This document shows positions 9,845-19,997 of a DNA stretch of 64,000 bases, in pieces. Made by a program: the position numbers and the translations under genes. The DNA is taken from assembly GCA_963662585.1 (NCBI GenBank), contig OY759729.1:1600001-1664000 (forward strand), given 5' to 3'. Origin of the DNA: Candidatus Cloacimonadales bacterium (GTDB lineage Bacteria > Cloacimonadota > Cloacimonadia > Cloacimonadales > JAFGVF01). The notes below the pieces were generated by a model. It saw only the letters and a program-made list of their open reading frames with translations. It had not been told where the DNA came from and did not search any database. Position 1 is the stretch's first letter. Every line of letters begins with the position of its first letter.

Positions 9845-11421
9845 TGATCAGCTTATTCAATAAACCTCTTTCTAAATTGTCATTAGCTGTTTTAAATTTA
9901 TTGTTAAAATTCACAACTCATGATAAAAAATTCATTGAAAAATATGCAAGAAAAGATCAAACGAAGTATATTAATAACAATAATCTATCTCTGTTTACTT
10001 TTATTCTTCTAAGCCTTTTAGCAGTTTCTATTAGTAACTCCTTCTATACTCAGTTAAAAGAAAAACTGAATAACCCTTTTGCCTCAGTGATTCTGGTTAG
10101 GAATGATGCAAAATGGTCACTACAAAAGCTAAAATATAACTTTTTGGAGACTGACTCTCTCAGAACAAGATTCTCCATTAACAACATCTATGAAACCAAA
10201 AATATTAGCCTCGAAATAAAAGAGAAAAATAGTGGATTATTATTAACAGAAACTGGAAGAGTTTTAGATGGTTCTGATGATATTTATGAACTGTTAAAAA
10301 ATGACGCTCTAGTATATAATCAAGATATGGAGATATTTTCTGCCGAATCTGAGGAAAAATCTTATGGCCTCTATGTTACAGAATCATTTTTACACAAAAT
10401 TAAATATTCGCCACAAGATAAATTTATTGAGCTAAATAATTCTGGTATTTCACTCACTCTTCCCATCTTAGGGATTAACAACAATATTCCTGGTGATAAA
10501 TTTTTAATCTCTAATCTTTGCCATAGATATATTAGTGATGGCAGTGAAACCATTTATAAAAAACGAAATTACTTAGAATTAGCTAATATTGCTCCTAATG
10601 AAAAGAAGCTCTTAAAAGAAGCCTTTATCAACTATCTCTTAGAAAATAAAATAAAACATGATAAAGACAAAATATACTACGGTGAAGGAGATCTTTTAAG
10701 AATCACATTAGAAGATATTTCTCAAAATTATGCATATTTTGAAAACATTTTAACAGATTTCAAAGCAAGTAATTTTGGCAAAGATTTTAATCACATAAAA
10801 CTTATCTATTACCCAGAAGATTATGAAGATTTCAGAAATAGCTTGAGTAATAAACCTATTAAAAGTTACCCCGAATGGTTCAACATTCAGAGAACTTCTT
10901 TGAAGAATACCCAAGATTTAAAAGATTATCTAACCAAATACAATTTAATTACAGAATATGATAGAATTTCAACCCAAAAAGACTATAATGACATTAGTAA
11001 CTTACTTCTCTTTTTACTGGGATTTATCCTGTTTTTAACATCAATTTCAATCTGGGTATTCCTTAAATATAGTCTTTCAATTCATATTATCCAACATAAA
11101 AAGGAGCTTGGCATCTTAAGAACGCTAGGTATTAGAATTAGAACAATTAACAAAATGTATTATTTAGAGATAATTTCCTATCTAATTTCAGTTATTTTAG
11201 TATCCTTAATAATTTTGGGAATAATATGGAGCATAAATTACTTGTTAATAAAATTTAGCCTTGTTGAATTCATTTACCTTGATTTACTAAATTGCTGGAA
11301 TCTAGCTCTATTAGGACTCTTTTTCTTTATTTCTTGGTTAACATTAAATAGAGTTCTCAAAAAACTAGCTACTGTAGAAACAGGAAACTTGATTTATGGA
11401 AGAGACATTGATTTGTTATAA
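9844..11421 (+). CDS. ABC transporter permease, FtsX/MacB/TagS-like
   Basis: One N-terminal TM, large extracytoplasmic loop, three C-terminal TMs with KKELGILRTLG coupling motif. TAATG overlap with the ATPase gene. Confidence 0.85.
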   Translation: MISLFNKPLSKLSLAVLNLLLKFTTHDKKFIEKYARKDQTKYINNNNLSLFTFILLSLLAVSISNSFYTQLKEKLNNPFASVILVRNDAKWSLQKLKYNFLETDSLRTRFSINNIYETKNISLEIKEKNSGLLLTETGRVLDGSDDIYELLKNDALVYNQDMEIFSAESEEKSYGLYVTESFLHKIKYSPQDKFIELNNSGISLTLPILGINNNIPGDKFLISNLCHRYISDGSETIYKKRNYLELANIAPNEKKLLKEAFINYLLENKIKHDKDKIYYGEGDLLRITLEDISQNYAYFENILTDFKASNFGKDFNHIKLIYYPEDYEDFRNSLSNKPIKSYPEWFNIQRTSLKNTQDLKDYLTKYNLITEYDRISTQKDYNDISNLLLFLLGFILFLTSISIWVFLKYSLSIHIIQHKKELGILRTLGIRIRTINKMYYLEIISYLISVILVSLIILGIIWSINYLLIKFSLVEFIYLDLLNCWNLALLGLFFFISWLTLNRVLKKLATVETGNLIYGRDIDLL

Positions 11422-11550
11422 TACAAGGCTTATTATTCATGTATAATGGTTGGAAAAAGAAATATGTTGTTCGATTTTTTTTTGATTTAATCGATAACAA
11501 ATAGCTTAAGGATATTGGGTTTTATAGCCCTTTGGAGTCTTCGTTTAAAC

Positions 11551-11696
11551 TGACTCAAGTTCAAGTCTGGTGGAAGCATATTTTCTCCAATGCTGATTAA
11601 CAAATGACCGTAACTTCTTTCCTGTATATTTAAGGGAGAAGACACTTTAACTATGTATATTAAGGTTATTATTCCACTTAAGTTGAACTTGAGTCA
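11551..11696. mobile_element. 146-bp MITE-like element with 25-bp terminal inverted repeats
   Basis: tgactcaagttcaagtctggtggaa (11551-11575) versus ttccacttaagttgaacttgagtca (11672-11696); outer 14 bp perfectly complementary; no ORF inside. Confidence 0.65.
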
Positions 11697-11767
11697 AATA
11701 TATTTACTATATTTGCATCTAGACTTAAACAATAGGAATTTATTAGATTTAAATAAAAAAAGCACTT

Positions 11768-12814
11768 TTAATTCACTATTTGTAGGAAAACATTTTCAAT
11801 AAAGTAGAGTGAAATATAAGAAATTAGAAAGGCGAAGATAGGTGTGATAATCCAGCCAATGATAATTTTTCTTAATTGATTAAAATTAACATCAACATTT
11901 TTTCTGGCTAATCCTAGCCCTATAACTGAACCCACGATAGCCTGCGAAGCTGAAATAGGTACCAAAGGAAAAGCAGGTAAACCATTACTTACTAAAAAGT
12001 GATGGATTGAAGACGAAGCAAAAAGAAACATTGTTAAGGCTACAGATAACACAACAATTAAGGCAGTAATAGGGGAAAATCTATAAAGATTACTCCCGAT
12101 AGTGCTCATTACTTTTTTAGAGTAAGTTGCCACACCAACCGCAATGGCAATTCCACCAACAAAGAAAAGGATTTTAGTAGGTTCAAAACTAATAAGATTA
12201 GAAATAGTTATTGCTTTAAATGGATTAGAATTAACAAATACCCCCATTACATTACCTATATTATTTGCTCCTAGGGCATAGGAACCAAAGATTCCCACTA
12301 ATACTAAGCCTAATCTGGTTAGATTATCAATTTTAACCATGTGCATTTTCGTTCGATTAAAGAAGAATTGAACTATTTTAAATAAAACAAAAGTTGTTAA
12401 TCCAGTAAGAATTGGTGATAAGACCCAAGTAGAAGCGATTTTTACTAGAATAATATAGTCAGTAAGCTTGTCAGAATAGATATTCCAGCCAATAATTGCT
12501 CCGATAATAGCTTGACTTGTAGAGATGGGTAGTCCTGCTCTACTCATGTAGTAAGTAGTTAATGCTGCGGCAAATGCAACAGTAAAAGCGGCAGCAATAT
12601 GTTCAATAGTTCCTAGTTTATTTAAGGTTGCACTTGCTCCACTACCTCCAATAACAGCTCCTAAAACTACAAAAATACTACATAGTAAGGCTGCAGTTTT
12701 AAATCTGACCATCTTGGTACCAACAGCGGTTCCCCAAAAGATTCCAGCATGGTTAGCTCCTAAGGACCAGCCTAAAAACATACCACTAGAGAGAAAGAAT
12801 AAGGAGGTTATCAT
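11768..12814 (-). CDS. pit: Inorganic phosphate transporter, PiT family
   Basis: Two GAN repeats (LGANHAG, LGANNIGN), GLPISTSQAIIG and PISASQAIVG motifs, multiple TMs. Confidence 0.92.
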   Translation of the reverse strand: MITSLFFLSSGMFLGWSLGANHAGIFWGTAVGTKMVRFKTAALLCSIFVVLGAVIGGSGASATLNKLGTIEHIAAAFTVAFAAALTTYYMSRAGLPISTSQAIIGAIIGWNIYSDKLTDYIILVKIASTWVLSPILTGLTTFVLFKIVQFFFNRTKMHMVKIDNLTRLGLVLVGIFGSYALGANNIGNVMGVFVNSNPFKAITISNLISFEPTKILFFVGGIAIAVGVATYSKKVMSTIGSNLYRFSPITALIVVLSVALTMFLFASSSIHHFLVSNGLPAFPLVPISASQAIVGSVIGLGLARKNVDVNFNQLRKIIIGWIITPIFAFLISYISLYFIENVFLQIVN

Positions 12815-12819
12815 TTAAA

Positions 12820-13473
12820 TTAAAGTCTCCTTTTAATAACATATACAGACAATCTTTCTGCTACTGATTCTGCCATATCAGATGGTAAGACTATTTTCTC
12901 AACGAAATATCTAAGATGCATTTTAACAGACAAATAAGCGATATCCCTGTGTTCAAAAATCTTTCTTTTCAACGATTCTTCAAGTTTATCAGCTTCATGT
13001 TCATAGAAGTGAACTTTATTGATATAATTTTCTACTAATTTAATTTCTGTGAAGAAAGCACGAGTAGCTTTTACTAATTCTAGTATTGTTTTAGAAGATA
13101 GTTCTGACAGTTCTAAGTAACCAGGTCTCAGATTCTCTGGAATATCTGGTTGTTCAATAGATAATTGTTCCATAACTTTTTTACAGACATCTACCACATC
13201 ATCTAAGGTTTCTATAATACCGAGTACATCTCCACGAGACTCAGGTATAAGCATATAAGAGTAGAGTTTAAATTTGATATCATGCCTATATTCATCTGCT
13301 TGATTTTCTAAGTTTACCATATCTTTGTAATAATTGTCAAACCTCTCTTCTTTCCAGTTAATATAGCATCTAATCCCTTCTTCAAAAACTAAGGCACATT
13401 TTTCCACAACATCAATATACTTATTGATTAAATTCTGTAAATCTTTCGATTTAGATGAAAAAAAAGAACTCAT
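12820..13473 (-). CDS. DUF47/TIGR00153 PhoU-like phosphate transport regulator
   Basis: LENQADEYRH and EHEADKLE repeats; adjacent to pit. Start placed at ATG 13473 (GGAGG RBS, ATGA overlap with ppx). Confidence 0.88.
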   Translation of the reverse strand: MSSFFSSKSKDLQNLINKYIDVVEKCALVFEEGIRCYINWKEERFDNYYKDMVNLENQADEYRHDIKFKLYSYMLIPESRGDVLGIIETLDDVVDVCKKVMEQLSIEQPDIPENLRPGYLELSELSSKTILELVKATRAFFTEIKLVENYINKVHFYEHEADKLEESLKRKIFEHRDIAYLSVKMHLRYFVEKIVLPSDMAESVAERLSVYVIKRRL

Positions 13474-14375
13474 TTTTTCCTCCATTCTTTTAAAGCCAGT
13501 CCGTAGCGTAATCCTTGGTCACATACTATCATTTCTGTAACTCTGTATTTCTGTAATATCGATTTAATAATCAATAGACCACCTAAGATAATATCTGCTC
13601 TTTTGGGTGATAAGCCAATAATATTTTTCCTACTCTCTAAGTTCTTTAGGGAAAGTTCATTCTCTAGTTGAATGATATCATTTAAGTTGATAATTGAATT
13701 TTGGATTTTCTCAGGTAAGTAGGGATCTAACTTCTGAATTATAGCAGAGATTGTCGTTACAGTTCCACCAATTCCGATTATAATTTCAGGTCTTGAATCA
13801 AGGCTTATATTATTTAATTGCTTAATCAAATAATCATTGCATTGCTCTAATACTGATTCACTTACTTCATTTTCTAGCTTATATTTGTCGGTTAAAGTAA
13901 CAGCCCCTATGTCAAGAGATTGAGCGAATTCTAGTTTATTAGCTTTTCCAAAAATAAACTCTGTTGAGCCTCCACCTGTATCCACCACTAAAGAATTTTT
14001 AAATTCTGATTTAATACAGTGATTTGCTGCTAAAAATGAGTATTTTGCTTCTTCCTGACCAGATAAAATCTGTAAGCGCAAACCTGTCTCAAGAAAAATA
14101 TGATTAAGGACTTCTTCGCTATTTGAAGCACTTCTGAATATCATAGTCCCGTAGAGATAAATATTTTGGCAATTATAGTTTTTAATAACTTCTATATTTC
14201 TCTTCATCTCTTGGATATTACGCTTTAGTGCTTGAAGACTGATCTTTCCTGTCTTATTATAATTTTCACTCAGTCTTGTTATTACTGTCTTATCAAAAAC
14301 TGCTTCAAAGCTTGGTTCAGTTCTATAAATTAACAGTTTAAGCGAATTTGTCCCGATTTCTATTATTGCATTCAT
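13470..14375 (-). CDS. ppx: Ppx/GppA family exopolyphosphatase
   Basis: IEIGTNSLKL, LSGQEEA, DTGGGSTE, GIGGT, RADII, GLRYG. Alternative start at 14390. Confidence 0.9.
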   Translation of the reverse strand: MNAIIEIGTNSLKLLIYRTEPSFEAVFDKTVITRLSENYNKTGKISLQALKRNIQEMKRNIEVIKNYNCQNIYLYGTMIFRSASNSEEVLNHIFLETGLRLQILSGQEEAKYSFLAANHCIKSEFKNSLVVDTGGGSTEFIFGKANKLEFAQSLDIGAVTLTDKYKLENEVSESVLEQCNDYLIKQLNNISLDSRPEIIIGIGGTVTTISAIIQKLDPYLPEKIQNSIINLNDIIQLENELSLKNLESRKNIIGLSPKRADIILGGLLIIKSILQKYRVTEMIVCDQGLRYGLALKEWRKK

Positions 14376-14530
14376 TTTTATCTTCCCCATTTTTAGGTAA
14401 ATTCAAGAATATGGGTTGATGAAAATTGTGTCAAGAACTTAATTGGTAAATACTTTTTTCCAATTAATCTCAAATAGTTAAGTAGAATTTTGATAAGTGC
14501 ATGTTCTTTGCTTCCGAGCTTCTCCTCAAC

Positions 14531-14592
14531 TCCTCCTTCTCACTTTCCTCAATCAATATTTGGTTTTACTACTAGATGAGTGAGAAGGAGGA
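14531..14592. repeat. Pyrimidine/purine-arm palindromic intergenic repeat (family A)
   Basis: Perfect 14-bp inverted repeat tcctccttctcact / agtgagaaggagga; related copy at 34430-34507. Confidence 0.6.
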
Positions 14593-14746
14593 TAGGAAAA
14601 GCAATTAGAAAGTAAAGAAAATAAGTAAGATAATTAAGGATTTCTTGGTATAAAAAGAGATAAAAAGAATTGAGAGATAATAAATATATCCTCAATTAAC
14701 ATAATTATAATACTAAATTATCAATAAAAAATCTGGACTAAGACTC

Positions 14747-15370
14747 TTACTCATCATCATTATGATTGAGTTTTGCTTTAAGAATCTCAGAGAAGTCTGA
14801 GTAAAAGAATCCTTTTTGCATTAAGTAAGAACAGCATTTATTATAGATATCTTTACTGCCACGATTGGTATAAATGCGTACAGCTTTAGCGATATTCTCT
14901 TCGATAATATGTTGTTTAGCCTCTTGATTATATTGTTGGTCTAATTCATACTCTATCAAATTTGAATCAAGGCCTTTATTTTTTAACTTAAATGAAATTT
15001 CTATTCTACTTTTACCTAAATCAATCATTGATCTAACATAGAGCTCAACTAATCTAGCATCAGAAATAAAGTTTTTATCTAAGCAAAATTCTATAATATT
15101 ATCAATAAGAGAGCGATGTAATTTTAGTTTTTGGAGATACTTTCTAGATTCATATTCAGAATGTTCTTGTTGGGCTAGATAATTGAAAAGTCTATCCCGA
15201 GAGTAATTATATAAAGACTCTTTTATCTCCTTGAATTCATCACTATCGATTTCATCTTTATTGAGAAAGGGTTTGAGGAGTTTTTTGGGTAAAACCCCCC
15301 AATTTCTTTCATCAATATAAATCTCTAATTGAGATTTTGAATTAAATTTTTCTTTAAAACTAATCTTCAC
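14747..15370 (-). CDS. recX: Regulatory protein RecX
   Basis: Overlaps the recA 3' end; [25 protein letters not shown] motifs. Confidence 0.85.
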   Translation of the reverse strand: MKISFKEKFNSKSQLEIYIDERNWGVLPKKLLKPFLNKDEIDSDEFKEIKESLYNYSRDRLFNYLAQQEHSEYESRKYLQKLKLHRSLIDNIIEFCLDKNFISDARLVELYVRSMIDLGKSRIEISFKLKNKGLDSNLIEYELDQQYNQEAKQHIIEENIAKAVRIYTNRGSKDIYNKCCSYLMQKGFFYSDFSEILKAKLNHNDDE

Positions 15371-16427
15371 TTTCGATGTCTAAAGAATCTTCGTTATTAT
15401 CGAAATCGTCACCGTCTTCAAAATGATCAGGTGATACGATTTCTAATAGTTTAATCTTTATCTCTTCTTTTAATTCAGGATTTGCGTTTAAATAGTCTTT
15501 AGTTTTCTCGCTACCTTGACCTAAACGAACATCTCCATAGGAGAACCATGATCCAGCTTTTTTAACAATATCATTATCTACAGCGAGGTCTAACAAGATA
15601 TCTTCAGTTGAGATACCTTTTCCAAAAAGGATAGGGAATTCAACTTTCTTAAAAGGTGGAGCGAATTTATTCTTAACAATTTTTACTCTAGTTTTAGCTC
15701 CTAAGATTTCACCTTCTCCACCAGTTGCTTTGATAGAACCTACGGACCTAACTTCTAATCTAACTGAAGAGTAGAATTTTAGAGCGACACCACCAGTAGT
15801 AGTTTCAGGATTCACATAAGGAGGAACACCAATTTTCATTCTTGTTTGGTTAATAAATATTACAGCAGTATTAGATTTCGAAACAATTGAAGTAAGCTTT
15901 CTTAAGGCTTGAGACATCAATCTAGCTTGCAAACCAACATGAGCATCTCCCATGCTTCCTTCTATCTCTTGACGAGGCACTAAGGCTGCTACGGAATCTA
16001 CTACAATTAAGTCTATAGCATTACTTCTGCAGAGATGTTCGACGATTTCAAGGGCTTGTTCCCCACCATCGGGTTGAGAAAGAAGTAGTTTATCTGTATT
16101 AACACCTAGTCTTTTAGCATAAATAGGATCTAAAGCATGTTCTGCATCGATAAAAGCAACTTCCCCATCAAGCTTTTGAGCTTCAGCCACGATATGGAGA
16201 GAAATCGTAGTTTTACCCGAAGCTTCAGCACCATAGATTTCGGTAATTCTTCCACGAGGAATACCACCAATACCAAGGGCAACATCGAGATTTAATGCCC
16301 CTGTTGGGATAACATCAACTGCAATTTTAGGCTTGTCCCCAAGTCTCATAATTGCTCCTACACCATATTTCTTTTCTAACTGTTGCAATGCTGTCTTTAA
16401 GGCAGTGTCTTTTGATTTATCAACCAT
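15360..16427 (-). CDS. recA: Recombinase RecA
   Basis: [56 protein letters not shown]. Confidence 0.99.
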   Translation of the reverse strand: MVDKSKDTALKTALQQLEKKYGVGAIMRLGDKPKIAVDVIPTGALNLDVALGIGGIPRGRITEIYGAEASGKTTISLHIVAEAQKLDGEVAFIDAEHALDPIYAKRLGVNTDKLLLSQPDGGEQALEIVEHLCRSNAIDLIVVDSVAALVPRQEIEGSMGDAHVGLQARLMSQALRKLTSIVSKSNTAVIFINQTRMKIGVPPYVNPETTTGGVALKFYSSVRLEVRSVGSIKATGGEGEILGAKTRVKIVKNKFAPPFKKVEFPILFGKGISTEDILLDLAVDNDIVKKAGSWFSYGDVRLGQGSEKTKDYLNANPELKEEIKIKLLEIVSPDHFEDGDDFDNNEDSLDIESED

Positions 16428-16441
16428 TTTAATTCCTTTCT

Positions 16442-16993
16442 TTATTGTAGATTATAAGTTTTTAATATCCTATAAATAGCCCCTCTTTTAGTAAGATTAC
16501 TTTCAAAGAGAGCTATTTCATTAACACAAAATTCTTGTTTTATTAAGTCTGTCTGCAGAATATATTCAATCTCAGGTTTTATAAGGTTTGTCTTAATTCT
16601 TCCTAAGGTAATATGGGGAATGAAATCTTTATTTTCAAGATTAAACCCTTGCTGCTTTAAGAAGTTTCTGAGGCTTTTAGAAGCTTTAGAAAACTGTTTA
16701 TTTTCACTAGTTAAAGCTATCCAGATTAAGCGTGGTTGCTTAAGAGGGAAGAGTTGGACAGATTCGAACTTAAAGTTCTGATTCTTACAAGTTGAAATAG
16801 AGCTTAAAAAGCTATCTTCCAAATCAGATAACTGACTAGTTTTTACATCTCCGATAAACTGAAAAGTAATATGTAGGTTTTCCTTCTCAACCCATTTAAT
16901 TCCAGCAGGGATATAACTTTTAAGTTGTAAGATAACATCGAAGATAATATCCTGTATCTCTTCTGATAACTGAATTCCGTAGAACAATCTCAT
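16442..16993 (-). CDS. thpR: RNA 2',3'-cyclic phosphodiesterase (2H phosphoesterase, LigT/ThpR)
   Basis: MRLF start, two HxT motifs ([16 protein letters not shown]), upstream of recA. Confidence 0.92.
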   Translation of the reverse strand: MRLFYGIQLSEEIQDIIFDVILQLKSYIPAGIKWVEKENLHITFQFIGDVKTSQLSDLEDSFLSSISTCKNQNFKFESVQLFPLKQPRLIWIALTSENKQFSKASKSLRNFLKQQGFNLENKDFIPHITLGRIKTNLIKPEIEYILQTDLIKQEFCVNEIALFESNLTKRGAIYRILKTYNLQ

Positions 16994-16996
16994 CAA

Positions 16997-17479
16997 CTAT
17001 CTTTTATATCCTATATCTTGTAAGAACTTTTTACGCTGGGTGATATCGGTATCTAATTCTATTCCTTTAGGGGAGAAACCATCAATAACTCCTAAGATAC
17101 CTCTTCCTTGTTCAGTTTGAGCTATAATTACTTCAACTGGATTAGCAGTTGCACAGAAGATATTAACAACTTCCCGACAGTTCTTTACTGCTGGTAGGAC
17201 ATTGATAGGGAAAGCGTTTTCTAGAACAATCATGAAAGTATGCCCAGCTCCAATGTTTTTGATATTTCTCACTGCTTCGTCAATTAGATAGACATCATTA
17301 CCATCTTTTCTGATTAAACATGGACCTGATGCTTCAGCAAAAGCTAAACCAAATTTCACATTAGGTACAGAGTTTATAACTGCTTCATAGAGATCTTCTA
17401 CTGTTTTAATAAAGTGAGATTGACCGAGAATAATATTGCGTCCTTCTTTAACCTTCACTTTCTGTATTAACAATTCCAT
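16997..17479 (-). CDS. DUF355 / adenosine-specific kinase family protein
   Basis: [46 protein letters not shown] end. Confidence 0.88.
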   Translation of the reverse strand: MELLIQKVKVKEGRNIILGQSHFIKTVEDLYEAVINSVPNVKFGLAFAEASGPCLIRKDGNDVYLIDEAVRNIKNIGAGHTFMIVLENAFPINVLPAVKNCREVVNIFCATANPVEVIIAQTEQGRGILGVIDGFSPKGIELDTDITQRKKFLQDIGYKR

Positions 17480-17652
17480 ACATTCACCTCACAAGAAAAT
17501 TAATTATTACTTAATATAAATAATATTAGTATCTAATTCATGTCAATAAAAATCTTTTAGTAATTAAACATATTGTTATAAAACATCATTATAAGTGACT
17601 TTTTGGTCCAAAATTTAAATTACCTTAGTTTTAAATTTAATGATATTTTAGC

Positions 17653-17697
17653 AAAAAAATAAACCATTTCCCATCAATAATAATGAAAAATGGTTTA
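17653..17697 (-). terminator. Probable intrinsic terminator of the LruC-domain gene
   Basis: taaaccattt / aaatggttta inverted repeat followed by T7 on the minus strand. Confidence 0.5.
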
Positions 17698-17727
17698 AAT
17701 ATATTCTATAAATTAAGTATTACTTTA

Positions 17728-19308
17728 TTATTCTCCAGGACCGTTATAGATCAACCCGTGATTTCCGTTTCTATACCATTCACGATTAGAAGCTCCATTA
17801 CTATTAACCCAATTCCCAAAATCAGGATATGATTCTACAATATCTGTTGTTTCGGTTGGGTGTGCCATAGTAGCAGGAGTATGGATTGCCCAAGGAGCAC
17901 CTTCTGCAGTCTTGTAGTAATAACCTGCTTCCAAATCAGTAGCATCATCAAAACCATTATTGAAATAGGATTGATCAGCATTAGAAGTAGGAGGTAAGCC
18001 TGGTAAATGAACTTCCATAGAAGGGTCATGATTGATAGTAATGTAAGGGTTGTAAGGAATAAAGAATTCGCTCTCTGAAGCAGGATATTCTCCATTAACT
18101 TCAACAACAAAGCTAATTGGTAGGAAAGGAGTATGAGCCATTGTTGGCACAGTATTCATAAAGTTTCCGTTTAATTGAACTAGATCGTTAGTATTATGAA
18201 AAACTTGAATAATTGCTAAACCAGAACTATTAGTTTTCTGAGTCAATAGAGGGTGTGAAGCAGAAAGAAGAGTAATATCTTCAGCCTGGATGGGTAGTTC
18301 AAAGTAAAAACCATTTTGTTTGGTAGCTCCGATAGCTGTTAAAAGAAGGTTAAAATGAATCTCTTTTAATTCATTAACTGAACTCACAACTTCCTTGATG
18401 TTATATCTAATTACCATATCGTTGAAATCATAATCACCTTTATCAGGCCATAAATCTTCATAAGCTAAAGTTCCATAAGTATTATCTCCAGGATACACTA
18501 GATCATAAGCTTTATTAGGATCATTAGGGTAATCATCATCTTCATCTACGACACCATCATTATCTTCATCTATTCCAGGGAAAAGAGGAGCATCAGCACA
18601 AGCATCTTGAGTTAATCTGCTAGATGTTTGTAAAGACCAAGTTATACAATCATTTCCTATAGAAGTGAAGTTAACAGTAAATACATTATATTGTCTGCCT
18701 GGTAAAAATTCAGTAGGTTGACCTTGATCTTGGTTTGAATTATTTAAACCTGAGCCAGTGAATTTATTCTTAGCACCTATATTTTGGATATATACTTCAT
18801 CATATTCATTGTTATATCCCCAATGTGAAGTAATAGAGCCATCATCTTCCAATTCAATACCTTCTAAGATTGGAATAACATAAAGTTTAACTTTCTTACT
18901 TGCAGATTTTTCTTCTACTTCTTCAATATTATAGAGAAAAACTTCTGATTCATTCATTAAATCAGTCACTAAATAATCAGAGAACACCATATTTCTATAA
19001 TGGAAATTCAAGCTAGTAACTGCTTTAGGAATTGATATGGTTCTTTCTATAGCTTCTTGATCATTTGTTAAGAAGCGGTAGTATTCAACACCATCATCTC
19101 CAACAACAGCAACAGTTCCAATATTTGGTGCATAGAACTTTAAATTAACAACTTGGTTAGTTTCAAAATTAAAGTTATCTGGGATGTTTAGATCAGAAAA
19201 ATCATTATACTGCTGATTATTGGCAGATGTTGATTTATCATTATCACAAGATGTAGCAAAAAGCGTTATCAGAAGCGCCATAATCATAATTATTGATTTA
19301 TTCTTCAT
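17728..19308 (-). CDS. LruC/DUF4842-domain lipoprotein
   Basis: Lipobox FATS-C; acidic Ca-binding repeat DEDNDGVVDEDDDYPNDP; YEDLWPDKGDYDFNDMV, EVHLP, PWAI, YPDF..W motifs. Confidence 0.85.
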   Translation of the reverse strand: MKNKSIIMIMALLITLFATSCDNDKSTSANNQQYNDFSDLNIPDNFNFETNQVVNLKFYAPNIGTVAVVGDDGVEYYRFLTNDQEAIERTISIPKAVTSLNFHYRNMVFSDYLVTDLMNESEVFLYNIEEVEEKSASKKVKLYVIPILEGIELEDDGSITSHWGYNNEYDEVYIQNIGAKNKFTGSGLNNSNQDQGQPTEFLPGRQYNVFTVNFTSIGNDCITWSLQTSSRLTQDACADAPLFPGIDEDNDGVVDEDDDYPNDPNKAYDLVYPGDNTYGTLAYEDLWPDKGDYDFNDMVIRYNIKEVVSSVNELKEIHFNLLLTAIGATKQNGFYFELPIQAEDITLLSASHPLLTQKTNSSGLAIIQVFHNTNDLVQLNGNFMNTVPTMAHTPFLPISFVVEVNGEYPASESEFFIPYNPYITINHDPSMEVHLPGLPPTSNADQSYFNNGFDDATDLEAGYYYKTAEGAPWAIHTPATMAHPTETTDIVESYPDFGNWVNSNGASNREWYRNGNHGLIYNGPGE

Positions 19309-19454
19309 TTTTTCTCCTATTTTAAGTTTTAACTCTAAGAATGTATAAAGCTTTCATAGATATTTACAAATTATATTTATTTTATTATATCTTTATCTGA
19401 ATAATATCTAATGACTTATGATGATAATTCCCTTTCAAGAAAAGCTCATAAAAA

Positions 19455-19853
19455 TCAATTTTCAATAAATTTTAGCATAATACTAAAAAGTTCTTGAGGA
19501 ATCCTAACTGGTTTCCCTTCAGTTGTGAAAACCCCAGTTACAATAGCCTTTGCACATAGTTCATTCTTTTCATTATAGATTTCTTGAAGCCATACACCCT
19601 TAACTTTAGTAATTTTACTTGTTCTTGTTTGTACAGTAGCTACCTGTTCCATTTTCAAAGGCCTAATATAAGATATATCTATATTAGAAAGGAAGATTGA
19701 TACTTTCCATTCTAACAACTTAGCTACTGGGATGCCCATTTCTATTAAGGCTTCTGCTCTTGCTGCCTCTAATAATTGAAGATAATTACTATTATTTAAA
19801 TGCCCATAAACATCACATTCATAGCCATATATTTTTCTCTTAAATTCTAACAT
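19455..19853 (-). CDS. Acyl-CoA thioesterase (4HBT/YbgC hot-dog family)
   Basis: ECDVYGHLNNSNYLQLLEAAR motif. Confidence 0.9.
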   Translation of the reverse strand: MLEFKRKIYGYECDVYGHLNNSNYLQLLEAARAEALIEMGIPVAKLLEWKVSIFLSNIDISYIRPLKMEQVATVQTRTSKITKVKGVWLQEIYNEKNELCAKAIVTGVFTTEGKPVRIPQELFSIMLKFIEN

Positions 19854-19997
19854 TCCTCCTCCTTTGATAACTATTAATTCTTATAACTACAGAGAAATTA
19901 TTTAGCAATTCTTGACAATAAATTTCTTCTAAAATTTAGTAGTTATGATAGTAGCTAGCTATTTATTTCGTATTATTTGAAGGAAGAAAGGTAATAA

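Noticed and set aside
9008..11421. Housekeeping lolCDE or ftsEX
   Set aside because: The permease is divergent and long, the ATPase D-loop is atypical (GSVG), and both sit in an AT-rich accessory operon, so no gene symbols were assigned.
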